64,000 nt of DNA from an uncultured Gemmatimonadaceae bacterium (GTDB taxonomy: Bacteria; Gemmatimonadota; Gemmatimonadetes; Gemmatimonadales; Gemmatimonadaceae): NCBI GenBank assembly GCA_963761305.1, contig CAVXGK010000002.1:896001-960000 (forward strand). Reading direction: 5' to 3'. This document shows, piece after piece, positions 1 through 10,070 of this stretch; within the stretch, counting starts at the first letter, position 1; every line of letters begins with the position of its first letter. The position numbers and the translations under genes were made by a program. The notes below the pieces were generated by a model, which did no database searches, was not told the DNA's origin, and saw only the letters and a list, made by a program, of their open reading frames with translations.

Positions 1-647
1 GAATCCTGCGCCGAGGCGATCGCCTGTTTGAAGGCCTCGATCGCTTCCTTCGGCTTGTTGTTCTTCATCGCCGCCTGCGCGATCACGTTGTAGCCGTACG
101 GCGCGTGCTTCGACAAGATGAGCGACCGCTTGGCAACCACGACCGCCGAGTCGAGCTGATTCGAGTTGGAGAGATCGTTCGCCTGGTTCACGAGATCGAC
201 CCACGCCTTTTGCTGCCGGTAGGCGGTCGTCTGCGAGATGCACTCCGGATTCGATGCCTCGACGATGCTGAACGCCGAATCGATGCCGACGAGGAGGTCG
301 AACGCCGCCGCGGTGTCGGTGACGAAACCGACCGTGCCGCGCGTCGTCCTGCCGGTCGTCATGCCGGGCTGCTGCATCCAGAGGACGTAGGTCTTCCCGA
401 GGACCATCGCGCGGCCGGCGGGATTCTTTTTCATGTCGCCGTCAGCCAGGAGCTTCACGGCGTCTTTCAGTCTGCCCGGCTGCTCCGCCGGCTTGGCCGT
501 CGAGGCCGTCTGGATGTCGAGGTAGGCGCGTGCGACCTGGTTGGGTGAGCCCTCGTCGATTTCACACGCCTTCTGCTGTGCCGAGGCGGCAACGGATGCC
601 CCGACGAGCATGAGTGCGGGCAAAAGCGTTTTTCCCATACCGTACAT
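1..647 (-). CDS. Secreted TPR-like protein, truncated at window edge
   Basis: Hand translation from ATG at 647 gives MYGMGKTLLPALMLVGASVAASAQQKAC (signal peptide) and the TPR-like helix pair APYGYNVIAQAAMKNNKPKEAIEAFKQAI. AGGAGAG RBS upstream. Open to position 1. Confidence 0.75.
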   Translation of the reverse strand, partial: MYGMGKTLLPALMLVGASVAASAQQKACEIDEGSPNQVARAYLDIQTASTAKPAEQPGRLKDAVKLLADGDMKKNPAGRAMVLGKTYVLWMQQPGMTTGRTTRGTVGFVTDTAAAFDLLVGIDSAFSIVEASNPECISQTTAYRQQKAWVDLVNQANDLSNSNQLDSAVVVAKRSLILSKHAPYGYNVIAQAAMKNNKPKEAIEAFKQAIASAQD

Positions 648-708
648 CGTTGTCTCTCCTGAGTGTCCTGTAGTTCAGGCGGGTATGACACCCACCAAAA
701 TCCCTACC

Positions 709-1908
709 CTAGGCGTCTGCGACGCGTTCCGCCTCCGCGGCGGCCAGCCTGAAAATATCCTGTAGCGGTCGGCCCGTCGCCAGTGCGACGTGCTGAACAT
801 CGGCGAACTCGGGCTTGGTCCGGTGGCGGCCGTCGGGCAAGGTCACCCGTTTGGCGCTCACCTCGTGCCCGAGTACGGTGACTCGGATCACGTCACGAGC
901 GAGGGCTCGGCGCAACACCTCACGCCGCCGGACGCCGATCGTCGTCGTTTCGATGAGCAGCAATTCCTCGAGGCGATCGGCCACGACGGGTCGGCACAGC
1001 AGCTCGACACGGACCGCGGGACGACCGTGCTTGGTGGTCTCGGCGAGGAGCACGACGTCCAGCGCGCCGGCCTCGCGCGCGCGCTCTACGATCGGCGCCA
1101 GATACTCGGGGCTCATGTCATCCACGTCGCAGACGAGCTCGACCAGCGATTCGCGCCCGTTGCCCGAGGTGTTCCCCCTCTCGGCCATGTCGTGCGTGTC
1201 CGCGAGGATGATCCGCAGCGCGTTGGCGCGATCGCTGAACTCTCTCGTGCCGGCGCCGTAGCCGCTCGCCCGCGGGATGTACTCGGCCGGCGGCAGTCCC
1301 TGGGAGAGAATGCGGACGAGCGCGGCGCCCGTCGGCGTCACCAGCTCACCCGATCCCTCGGGGCCGGGAGAGACCGCGAGGCCTTCGAGCAACTTGAGCG
1401 TCGCCGGCGCGGGTACGGGCAAGACGCCGTGCGCCGCGCGCACGGTGCCGTCGCCGAGCGCGATCGGACCGCAGTACACGCGTTCGACGCCCAGGCGCTC
1501 GAGTCCCCAGATCGTGCCGACCACGTCGAGGATCGCGTCGACCGCGCCGACTTCGTGCAGGTGCACCTTCTCGATCGGCACGCCGTGAATCGCGCCCTCG
1601 ACGGTGCCGATGGCCGTGAACACGCGGTTAGCGAGATCCTTCACCTTTTCGGGCGCGCTCGTCGCGTCGACGAGTTTGCGAATGTGGTGCACGTGGCGGC
1701 CGTGCGGCTGCGGCGGGATCTCGAAATCCACCTTCGAGCACACGATCTCCCCGCGCCGCACGTCGCGAATGTCGACGCGCACGCCATCGAGGCCGAGCGC
1801 CACCGGTAGCGACTTGAGCCACGCTGGCTCGACGCCCAGCTGCACGAGCGCGCCGAGCGCCATGTCGCCGGCGATGCCGCTGAACGGGTCGAGGATCGCG
1901 ATGCGCAT
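709..1908 (-). CDS. larC: Nickel pincer cofactor biosynthesis protein LarC (Ni insertase)
   Basis: N-terminal DPFSGIAGDMALGAL, HLHEVGAVDAILD, AHGVLPVPAPAT, ELVTPTGAA, GYGAG and ETTTIGVR motifs. Confidence 0.93.
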   Translation of the reverse strand: MRIAILDPFSGIAGDMALGALVQLGVEPAWLKSLPVALGLDGVRVDIRDVRRGEIVCSKVDFEIPPQPHGRHVHHIRKLVDATSAPEKVKDLANRVFTAIGTVEGAIHGVPIEKVHLHEVGAVDAILDVVGTIWGLERLGVERVYCGPIALGDGTVRAAHGVLPVPAPATLKLLEGLAVSPGPEGSGELVTPTGAALVRILSQGLPPAEYIPRASGYGAGTREFSDRANALRIILADTHDMAERGNTSGNGRESLVELVCDVDDMSPEYLAPIVERAREAGALDVVLLAETTKHGRPAVRVELLCRPVVADRLEELLLIETTTIGVRRREVLRRALARDVIRVTVLGHEVSAKRVTLPDGRHRTKPEFADVQHVALATGRPLQDIFRLAAAEAERVADA

Positions 1909-1915
1909 TTCGAGA

Positions 1916-3061
1916 TCAGAACCGGTACGACGCGCCGCTGCCCGTGTTGAACACCAGCACCTCGGCGTCGCGCGGAATCCGCTTTTCGGCGACCAGTTCG
2001 CGCGTCACCGCGAGCGCACAACCGCCTTCGGGCGCCGCGTCCACGCCGCTCGCGCGCGACAGCTCGAGCGTGGCCGCACGAATCGCGTCTTCGCTCACCG
2101 CGTGCGCATCGCCCTTGCTCTCGTAGAGCGCGCGCAGAATGAGCCGGTCGCCGAGCGGACCCGGGACGCGAAGACCGCTGGCATGCGTGGTCGGATTCTC
2201 CCACGGCGTCGCGTGGTCGGCGTGCGCCTGGAAGGCGCGCACCATCGGCGCGCAGCCGTCCGCCTGTGCGACGATCATGCGCGGCAGCGTGAGATCCTTG
2301 GAAAGCCACCCGCCACGCTGCATTTCGGCGAAGACCTTCCACATCCCGATGAGCCCCGTGCCGCCGCCCGTGGGATACACGATGTGCGTCGGCAGTCGCC
2401 ACCCGAGCTGCTCGGCCAGCTCGATGCCCATCGTCTTCTTGCCTTCGATGCGATACGGCTCGCGCAGCGTGGAGACGTCGAAGTAGCCGCTCTCAGCGGC
2501 GAACGCGCGCGCCTGTTTGCCCGCGTCGCCGATGTGCCCCTTCACCAGCTGCAAGTCGGCGCCAAGAGCGCGGATCGTATCCAGGATCGGTTTCGGCGTG
2601 CTGTCGGGCGCGTACACGCGCACCGGCAATCCCGCCGCGGCGGCGTACGCACTCAGCGCCGCACCGGCGTTGCCCGCCGTGGGCACGACGAAACCTGGAA
2701 CGCCCGAACCGCGAGCCCGCGTGACCGCCGCGCTCATGCCGCGAGCCTTGAACGACGCGGTGGGATTCAGGCCTTCGTCCTTCACCCACAAGCGCGCGAC
2801 GCCGATCTCGCGCGCGAGCTTCGGCAGCTCGCTCATCGGCGTCAGTCCCTCGCCGAGAGAAACGGGCTCCTCATTCGCCTGGAGCGGCATCACGGCGGCG
2901 TATCGCCACATGTCCCAGCGCGGCGTCATCGCGTCGCGCGACGGCATGGGCGAATCGTAGATGACGAGAAATGGCTGCCCGCACTTGGGGCAGACGGTGG
3001 CGCGGGCCGTTCCCTGCTCGTGCGTCGCGCAGGCCGAACATTCGAGGTGCCAGGTGCTCAC
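1916..3061 (-). CDS. thrC: Threonine synthase (PLP fold II) with N-terminal CxxC..CxxC
   Basis: KDEGLNPTASFKARG (PLP lysine), YRIEGKKT, PTGGGTG, FNTGSG. The GTG start overlaps the uvrC stop (GTGA). Confidence 0.85.
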   Translation of the reverse strand: MSTWHLECSACATHEQGTARATVCPKCGQPFLVIYDSPMPSRDAMTPRWDMWRYAAVMPLQANEEPVSLGEGLTPMSELPKLAREIGVARLWVKDEGLNPTASFKARGMSAAVTRARGSGVPGFVVPTAGNAGAALSAYAAAAGLPVRVYAPDSTPKPILDTIRALGADLQLVKGHIGDAGKQARAFAAESGYFDVSTLREPYRIEGKKTMGIELAEQLGWRLPTHIVYPTGGGTGLIGMWKVFAEMQRGGWLSKDLTLPRMIVAQADGCAPMVRAFQAHADHATPWENPTTHASGLRVPGPLGDRLILRALYESKGDAHAVSEDAIRAATLELSRASGVDAAPEGGCALAVTRELVAEKRIPRDAEVLVFNTGSGASYRF

Positions 3062-4959
3062 GTGATCTCTGACGGAGTGTCGTTCGTTGGAGAATCGGAT
3101 TGGTCGCGCTCTGCGTCGGCCGTCGTCGCCGCAGGGGGCGCCGCGGTCGGTGAACTGGGTTGCAATGCTTCCACGATGCGCTCGGCCGTCTTGCGTCCGA
3201 ATCCAGGCAGCGCGGCGATCGCTTCGGGCGCGGCGTCTCGCACGCCTTGAAGACTTCCGAACGCCTCGAGCAGCTGGCGTCGTTTGGCTTCGCCGATGCC
3301 GGGAACCCGCAGCAGCTCCGACGTCATCGTACGCAGTGAACGACGCTTCCGCTGGAAGGTGATCGCGAAGCGATGCGCCTCGTCGCGCGCCTGCTGGAGC
3401 ACGCGCAGCGCCGGCGATCGGCGCGGCAGTCGGAGCGGTTCGGGCCGGCCGAGGAGAAACAGTTCCTCCTCGCGCTTCGCCAGGCTCACGATCGGCATCG
3501 CACCGAGCGACAACGATTCGAGCGCGGCGGCGGCGGCATGGAGTTGTCCCTTGCCGCCGTCGATCAGCACCAGGTCGGGCAGCGAACGTTCCTCCTCGAT
3601 GCGCCGGGCGAAGTAGCGCCGCACCACCTCGTGCATGGAGGCGAAGTCGTCGATCCCCTCGACCGTCTTCACCTTGAACTTGCGATACTCGGCGCGATAC
3701 GGCCGGCCGTTCTGAAACCAGACGCACGATGCGACGGTGTCCGTGCCCTGCGCATGCGAGATGTCGAAACAGGCGATGGCGCGCGGGACTTTCTGAAGGC
3801 CGAGCGCACGCTGCAGCTCGTAAATCGGATCGCCCGCGCGCTCTTCCGCTTCCTCGCCGGTGAGCCGCAGCTCCTCGAGCAGGTGACGGGCGTTCTGAAT
3901 CGCCAGGTCGACCAGATCGCGCCGCGGGCCGCGCTGCGGCGCGATGATCTTGGTGCGCTCGAGCGACGCCTCGACCAGCTCCCGCTCCTCGGGGTCGAAC
4001 GGCACGAGCAGCTCAGCCGCCCGATCCTCGAGTTTCAGGTAACCGCCGGCGAGATACGCTTGCAACACGGCGCCGTCGGTCTCCCCTTCGACGTTCTCGA
4101 GAAACTGTTGCTCGCGCGCCAGCAGCTTGCCGCCGCGAATGCGCATCAGCGCGATCGCGGCATCGTCGCCGTCGCGCGCATAGCCGACCACGTCGCGGTC
4201 GCCGCCGTCGATCGACAACACGACCGTCGGTTCGGCCATCGACTCGAGATGCCTGAGCGCGTCGCGCAGCTCGGCCGCGCCTTCGAAGTCGAGCGAGGCC
4301 GCCGCGTCGTCCATGCGTTTGCGGACGCGTCGCGCGACTTCATCCGTACGGCCCTCGAGAAAAACGAGCACCTCGTCGATCATCGCCGCGTATTCGATTT
4401 GCGTCTGCGCCAAAATGCACGGCGCCTTGCATCGATGGATGAAATAGTCGAGGCACGGCCGCTCGGGCATCTGCTTCGGCATGTCGTAGTTACACGACCG
4501 CACCGTGAAGACTCGCTTCACGACGTTCAGCGCCCGGCGCATCGCACCGACCTCGGTGTACGGCCCGAAGTACCTGCTCCCGTCGTCGATCAGCCGGCGC
4601 GTGACGAGCACGCGCGGAAACGGCTCGGCGACGGTGACCTTGATGTAGGGATACGACTTGTCGTCGCGGAGGGCGATGTTGTACTTCGGCTTGTGCTCCT
4701 TGATGAGGTTCGCCTCGAGGATCAAGGCGTGCGCCTCGCTCGGCACCACGATCGTGTCGAGGTCGGCGGCGGCCAGCATCAACGCGCGAGTCTTTATGCT
4801 CTCGGCGTGATCGGTCGCGACATAGTTGCGAACCCGCGACCTCAGACGCTTGGCCTTCCCGACGTACAAGACCGTGCCCTCCGCGTCACGCCAGAGGTAG
4901 ACCCCCGGCGACTCGGGCAGGTACGAGATCTTGTCGAGAACGGACTCCGGGAGCGCCAT
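3058..4959 (-). CDS. uvrC: Excinuclease ABC subunit C
   Basis: PESPGVY..YVGKAK.LR.RV GIY-YIG domain, FDISH, DGGKGQL, RDEAHRFA and C-terminal HhH GIG. Confidence 0.97.
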   Translation of the reverse strand: MALPESVLDKISYLPESPGVYLWRDAEGTVLYVGKAKRLRSRVRNYVATDHAESIKTRALMLAAADLDTIVVPSEAHALILEANLIKEHKPKYNIALRDDKSYPYIKVTVAEPFPRVLVTRRLIDDGSRYFGPYTEVGAMRRALNVVKRVFTVRSCNYDMPKQMPERPCLDYFIHRCKAPCILAQTQIEYAAMIDEVLVFLEGRTDEVARRVRKRMDDAAASLDFEGAAELRDALRHLESMAEPTVVLSIDGGDRDVVGYARDGDDAAIALMRIRGGKLLAREQQFLENVEGETDGAVLQAYLAGGYLKLEDRAAELLVPFDPEERELVEASLERTKIIAPQRGPRRDLVDLAIQNARHLLEELRLTGEEAEERAGDPIYELQRALGLQKVPRAIACFDISHAQGTDTVASCVWFQNGRPYRAEYRKFKVKTVEGIDDFASMHEVVRRYFARRIEEERSLPDLVLIDGGKGQLHAAAAALESLSLGAMPIVSLAKREEELFLLGRPEPLRLPRRSPALRVLQQARDEAHRFAITFQRKRRSLRTMTSELLRVPGIGEAKRRQLLEAFGSLQGVRDAAPEAIAALPGFGRKTAERIVEALQPSSPTAAPPAATTADAERDQSDSPTNDTPSEIT

Positions 4960-4967
4960 GCCGAAAG

Positions 4968-6599
4968 TTATCCCCGGCGCGATCGTCTCCGCAGACGCCG
5001 GAACAGGCTGCGCGCCTCAGGAACGCCCAGCGCGAGGGTCGCGAGCAGATACACGACGCCGAACACCGCCAGGATCAACGCGCGCGAGATGAACGTCGAC
5101 GCGCCCACGCCGTACACACGCACGCCCCATCCGGCGGCGGCGGCCGCGAGCGCGGCGCCCCACAGCGTGGCGACGAGTCCGGCGGGAACTCCGGTGACAC
5201 CGATTCGCCGGTTGAGCTGTGTGCGCAGGAGGGTGAACTCCACCCAGCCCGCGATGCCCGCCGACGATGTCAGACCCGCCGCGCCCCAACGCGCGTCGAT
5301 TCCGAGCAGCTTCGGGCCCTCGAAGGCGAACAGCGCGCCGAGCACCGTCGTGAGTGCGACGCGCACGAGTGCGAAGCGCAGCGGCGTGCGCGTGTCGTGC
5401 AGCGCGTAGTACGTCGCCGAATACAGTCGCCCAAGCGTCGACGCGAGCAGCCCGACCGCCGAGCCAGCCAGAATGCCCCACGCGTACATCGACTCCGTCG
5501 CCGTGAACTTGCCGCCGTTCTGGAACAACAGCGCTGCGATGACGTCCCCGAGCGCGAGGAATGCCATCGCGGACGGAATGACGAAGAACGCGATCTGCCG
5601 GAGTCCGGTCGCGATCCGTGCACGCAACTGGGCCGCGATCTCTTCCTGGCTTCCCACCGCGCGAGACATTTCCGGCAGCTCCGCGGCGGAAACGGCCATC
5701 CCGAACAGGCTGACGGGCAGCAGATAGATCGTCTGCGCGTAGCTCAGCGTCGCGACGACGCCGCCGGGCAGAAAACTCGCCAGCCACTGATCGATGTAGC
5801 CGCTGATCTGGACGACCCCGCGGCTCGTCAGCACCGGGGCGAAGTTGCGCGACACGCGTCGCACCTCCCCAGACGTCATATCGAGCGACACGCGCAACGG
5901 GCGTGTGAGAGCGATCGCCGTCGGCAACTGAACGAGAAACTGCAACAGTGCGCCGACGACCGATGCCCATGCGAGAATCACCGCCAGGTCCGGCGGCGCG
6001 CGCTTCGGCCCGAAGCCCAGCAACGCGGCGATCATCGCCACGTTCCACAGGATCGGAGCGCTGTACGAGATCAGGAACTTCCGATGACTGTTGAGAACGC
6101 CCAGGCACCACGACGCGACGACGAAGATCCCGGCACCCGGGAAGAGAATCCGCACCAGCGTGATCGTGAGGGCTCGACGCTGCGGGTCGAATCCAGGGGC
6201 GATGAGTGGAATGAGCCAGGGCGTGATGAGCACGCCGACGAGCACGCTCGCGGCAACGACGAGCGACAGCAGCCCCAGGATCGCGCCGGCGAGGCGCCCC
6301 GCGTCCTCTTCCCTTCCGTCTTCCAGGAGGCGTGAATAGACCGGAATGAACGACGCCGACAGGGCGCCTTCGCCGAACAGGTTGTTGAGAATGTTCGGAA
6401 TCTTGAATGCGGCCGTGAACGCGTCCGCGGCCAGACTCGCGCCGAGGTAATGCGCCATGAGCATCTGCCGCGCGAGGCCGAACACACGCGAGAGCATGAT
6501 GCCGGTGGCGACGATCGTCGCCGCGCCGCCAGTGCGGCGCGGTGGTGGAGGAGGAGGCACGCTCGGATCGCTCGTCGAACCGCGAACCGTCGCGGTCAT
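4968..6599 (-). CDS. murJ: Lipid II flippase MurJ
   Basis: SRVFGLAR, ADAF..AFKIPN...NLFGEGALSASFIPVY and many TM helices. ATG overlaps the bshC stop. Confidence 0.95.
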   Translation of the reverse strand: MTATVRGSTSDPSVPPPPPPRRTGGAATIVATGIMLSRVFGLARQMLMAHYLGASLAADAFTAAFKIPNILNNLFGEGALSASFIPVYSRLLEDGREEDAGRLAGAILGLLSLVVAASVLVGVLITPWLIPLIAPGFDPQRRALTITLVRILFPGAGIFVVASWCLGVLNSHRKFLISYSAPILWNVAMIAALLGFGPKRAPPDLAVILAWASVVGALLQFLVQLPTAIALTRPLRVSLDMTSGEVRRVSRNFAPVLTSRGVVQISGYIDQWLASFLPGGVVATLSYAQTIYLLPVSLFGMAVSAAELPEMSRAVGSQEEIAAQLRARIATGLRQIAFFVIPSAMAFLALGDVIAALLFQNGGKFTATESMYAWGILAGSAVGLLASTLGRLYSATYYALHDTRTPLRFALVRVALTTVLGALFAFEGPKLLGIDARWGAAGLTSSAGIAGWVEFTLLRTQLNRRIGVTGVPAGLVATLWGAALAAAAAGWGVRVYGVGASTFISRALILAVFGVVYLLATLALGVPEARSLFRRLRRRSRRG

Positions 6600-8188
6600 A
6601 CTCTCGCGGCGGTCTCGACGGATGGCGCCGCGATCGACGTAACGTCGCCAACCAGCGCCCGCGCGTGCAGACGCGCGGCACCAAGCATCGCGTCGACCAA
6701 CTCGGGACCGTATTTGGCGAGGAACGGCACGAACGACAGCTGTCGCTCCTGCCGAGTGCCGCCGGGGTACAGCGATCCGCGCACAGTGGCGATGTCGCGC
6801 ATGACCGACGCCTCGCGCCGCTTCACGCCGGCGAGCACGCGACGCTCGAGTCGCTCGACGTGGTGCTCGAGTCCACGCCGCGCACCGTCCAGTGAGCGCG
6901 CCGAGAGCAGGTCGCCGTCGGCCGATCGCAAAGCGTCCAACGCATGGGCGAACTCGGTGCGCAACGAACGAAGCGCCGCGTCCACTCCCGGCGCGAGACG
7001 CCGCCGCGCGATCCGGCTCTCGGCCGCATACGGATCGACCAGATCCTCGACGGCAAGCCCAAGCTCGTCGAGACATTTCTGAATCCGCGGTTCGACGATG
7101 GTCGTGGACCAGCGCGGCGCGATGCGCGGCACCGCGGCGCGCATCGATTCGGCGACGGCGCTCACCTGCGCGAAGTACGCGACCTCGCCCGGCCCGCCGA
7201 CGTAGGTCGCCGTCGGCAGCAGCGCGCGCTCGACCACCGGTCGGAGCAACACAGTCGCCGAGAGGTGCGCGCTCGACGGCGCACGATCTCGCAGCGACGC
7301 CGCCTCACCGATCGGGAGGCGGCGCTTCGTTCCGTTTTCCGTGATGGAGACGAGTGACAACCCCGACACTTCCTCGACCTGCGGGTGATAGCCCGCGGCT
7401 CGGATCGCGTCGGTTCGCGCGTGCACGGCGGCGGCGATCGACTCCGCGGACGCCGACGCTTGCTCCAGGATCGGACGCGCGCGCGCGAGGAACGACGCGT
7501 GCGACGCGTCGAGCACCGGAATCTCGAGCGGCTCCAGCAGCTCGCGCAGCAGCGACACATACGCGCTTCCGATCGTGGTTCCGTCGCGAGGCGCGTAGGC
7601 GCGCCCGGCGGCATCGAGGTACGACGAATGCGGCGCCGATCCGCACGCGACCCGAAGTCGCTCGGTCAGTCCCTGCACGGACTCGCCAAGCGCGGCGAGC
7701 GCCATCGGCGTTCCCGCCGGCGGTTTGTCGGTGAGCAGCAGCTCATCGGCGCCGCCGTCGGTCGCGACCCAAACGCTCGCCGTTTCGGCAAAGTCCGCGT
7801 CGTCGGTGGCGGCCCAGAACACAGGAGCGACGGGCATTCCGGTGACGTCCCGCAACAGGTCGGCGATCGCGCGCGCGCTGATCGCCTTCGCCAGCGTCAT
7901 GATGGCGCCGCCGAACAATCCCGGCTGCTGCCCTGTCGTGATGACGACGCCTCGCCCGTTCGCGCTCTCGGCGAGACGCTTTGCCGCGGCGCCGCTCGCG
8001 GCGAAGGCCGGCGCGAGCCCGTCGAGCCAATCGCGCGCGACGTCGTCGGCCACGCTGCCCGCGTGAGCGCGCCAGCCGCGTGCGTCGCGCGGCAGCGGCG
8101 GATACCAATCCGACAATCGACCGGCGCGCGCCGCGACTGAAAGCGGCGACCCGCCGAGCGACTCCGTCCGAACTTCAGCGCGGCTCAT
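6596..8188 (-). CDS. bshC: Bacillithiol biosynthesis cysteine-adding enzyme BshC
   Basis: VITTGQQPGLFGG, PVFWAATDDADFAE, LLRPVVE..LLPT..YVGGPGEVAYFAQ, P.G..QER. Confidence 0.9.
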   Translation of the reverse strand: MSRAEVRTESLGGSPLSVAARAGRLSDWYPPLPRDARGWRAHAGSVADDVARDWLDGLAPAFAASGAAAKRLAESANGRGVVITTGQQPGLFGGAIMTLAKAISARAIADLLRDVTGMPVAPVFWAATDDADFAETASVWVATDGGADELLLTDKPPAGTPMALAALGESVQGLTERLRVACGSAPHSSYLDAAGRAYAPRDGTTIGSAYVSLLRELLEPLEIPVLDASHASFLARARPILEQASASAESIAAAVHARTDAIRAAGYHPQVEEVSGLSLVSITENGTKRRLPIGEAASLRDRAPSSAHLSATVLLRPVVERALLPTATYVGGPGEVAYFAQVSAVAESMRAAVPRIAPRWSTTIVEPRIQKCLDELGLAVEDLVDPYAAESRIARRRLAPGVDAALRSLRTEFAHALDALRSADGDLLSARSLDGARRGLEHHVERLERRVLAGVKRREASVMRDIATVRGSLYPGGTRQERQLSFVPFLAKYGPELVDAMLGAARLHARALVGDVTSIAAPSVETAARV

Positions 8189-8207
8189 CGGCGTGTGCCC
8201 GACCGAA

Positions 8208-8672
8208 TCACTTGTGATACGGCTCTCGGCGCACGATGGTGCCCGCGCGGTACAACTGTTCCGCGAGCACGAGCCGAGCCACTTCGTGCGGCAACGTCCA
8301 TGGCGCCAGCGCGAGCGACGACGTCGCGCGAGTCTTCACCGCTTCGCCGAGTCCGAACGCGCCGCCGATCACGAAGGCGACGTCCACCGCACGCTCGCGC
8401 GTCGCCTGGAGCCATTCGGCGAAGCGCTCCGAGGTGTACGTCCGTCCGCTCACGTCGCATGCGACCACCTGCGCGGCCTCGGGAATCGCGTCGAGCAGCC
8501 GCTCGGCTTCAGCATCCCGCGCGCGGCTCGCCGACAAACCGGCGGCCGACTCCTGACGCACCTCGCGGACGTCGAGCGGCCAGTAGCGCGCGGCGCGCTC
8601 CTCATAGTCGCGAATCGCTCCGGCCAGGTTGGCGTCGCGCGGCTTGCCGACGACAGCGACGACGATACGCAT
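8208..8672 (-). CDS. rlmH: 23S rRNA m3Psi1915 methyltransferase
   Basis: FVIGGAFGL, TLPHEVARLVLAEQLYRA and C-terminal PYHK. Confidence 0.95.
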   Translation of the reverse strand: MRIVVAVVGKPRDANLAGAIRDYEERAARYWPLDVREVRQESAAGLSASRARDAEAERLLDAIPEAAQVVACDVSGRTYTSERFAEWLQATRERAVDVAFVIGGAFGLGEAVKTRATSSLALAPWTLPHEVARLVLAEQLYRAGTIVRREPYHK

Positions 8673-8742
8673 CGACCGGCGCGCCGCACATCAGCGGCGC
8701 GCTCCCGGCCGACGACACGCCCGGCACGCCGCCGACGCGGCC

Positions 8743-10050
8743 TTACGCATAAATGCCGCGCAGCCGGTGCACCGTGGCCACGCGGCTGATGGAAAGCATG
8801 TACGCCGCCGTACGCATGTTGACCTTGTGCTGCTTGGACAGGTGCAGCACGTCGGCGAAGCTGCGACACATGATGTCGTGGAGCCGCTCGTTGACCGTGT
8901 CTTCGGTCCAGAAGTAGCCGCCGCGGTCCTGCACCCACTCGAAGTAGGAGACGGTGACGCCGCCGGCGTTGGCGAGGATGTCGGGAATCACGAAAATCCC
9001 CTTCTCGTCGAGGATCGAGTCGGCGCTGGCGGTCGTCGGACCGTTCGCGCCTTCGCAGATGATCTTGGCGCGGACCTTCGCCGCGTTCTTGCTGGTGATC
9101 ACGTTCTCGAGTGCCGCCGGCACGAGCACGTCGACGTCGGACAACAGCAAATCGTCATTCGAGATCTGGTCGCCGCCGTCGAATCCGTCGAGCGAGCGCA
9201 CGCGCTTCACGTGCTTGATCGCCGCGTCGATGTCGATGCCGTTCTGGTTGAAGTAGCCGCCGGTGCGGTCGCTGATCGCGACGATCTTGCAGCCTTCGCG
9301 CGACAGCAGGTCCGCGGCGACCGAGCCGACGTTGCCGAATCCCTGCACAGCGACGGTCGTCCCCTGAACAGGCATGCCGAGGTGCTTGAGCGCTTCGCGC
9401 GTCACGATCATGCAGCCGCGGCCCGTGGCCTCGCGGCGTCCGAGCGATCCGCCCATCTCGATCGGCTTGCCGGTGACGACCGACGTGACGGTGTGGCGCA
9501 TGTGCATGGAGTACGTGTCCATCACCCAGGCCATCACGCGCTCGTTCGTGTTGACGTCGGGCGCCGGCACGTCGGAGTCGGGGCCGAGCGTGCTGATGAT
9601 GCCGGCGGTGTATCGACGCGTGAGACGCTCGAGCTCGCCGGCGCTCATCTTGAGCGGGTCACACACGACGCCACCCTTCGAGCCGCCGAACGGCAGGTTC
9701 ACGACCGCGCACTTCCAGGTCATCCAGGCCGCGAGCGCCTTCACCTCTTCGAGCGTCACGTTGAGATCGAACCGGATGCCGCCCTTTGCTGGTCCGCGCG
9801 ACGTGTTGTACAGCACCCGGTGGCCGATGAACACCTCGACCTCCCCGTTGTCCATCATCACCGGAACGGAGATGGTGATCTGCTTTTCGGGATGGCGGAG
9901 CACCTTGTAGAGGCCCGGCTCGAGATCGAGCAGGTCGGCCGCGCGGTCGAACCGCGACATCATGGCCTCGAAAGGATTCTCTTCGTTGAGGAACCGGTCT
10001 TTATCCGGTCGAACGATTCGGTCGGTTGGGAGTCGGAGGTCGGTGACCAT
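8743..10050 (-). CDS. gdhA: Glu/Leu/Phe/Val dehydrogenase (glutamate dehydrogenase)
   Basis: [54 protein letters not shown]. Confidence 0.92.
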   Translation of the reverse strand: MVTDLRLPTDRIVRPDKDRFLNEENPFEAMMSRFDRAADLLDLEPGLYKVLRHPEKQITISVPVMMDNGEVEVFIGHRVLYNTSRGPAKGGIRFDLNVTLEEVKALAAWMTWKCAVVNLPFGGSKGGVVCDPLKMSAGELERLTRRYTAGIISTLGPDSDVPAPDVNTNERVMAWVMDTYSMHMRHTVTSVVTGKPIEMGGSLGRREATGRGCMIVTREALKHLGMPVQGTTVAVQGFGNVGSVAADLLSREGCKIVAISDRTGGYFNQNGIDIDAAIKHVKRVRSLDGFDGGDQISNDDLLLSDVDVLVPAALENVITSKNAAKVRAKIICEGANGPTTASADSILDEKGIFVIPDILANAGGVTVSYFEWVQDRGGYFWTEDTVNERLHDIMCRSFADVLHLSKQHKVNMRTAAYMLSISRVATVHRLRGIYA

Positions 10051-10070
10051 TGGAAGAAAACAGGCCGGCG

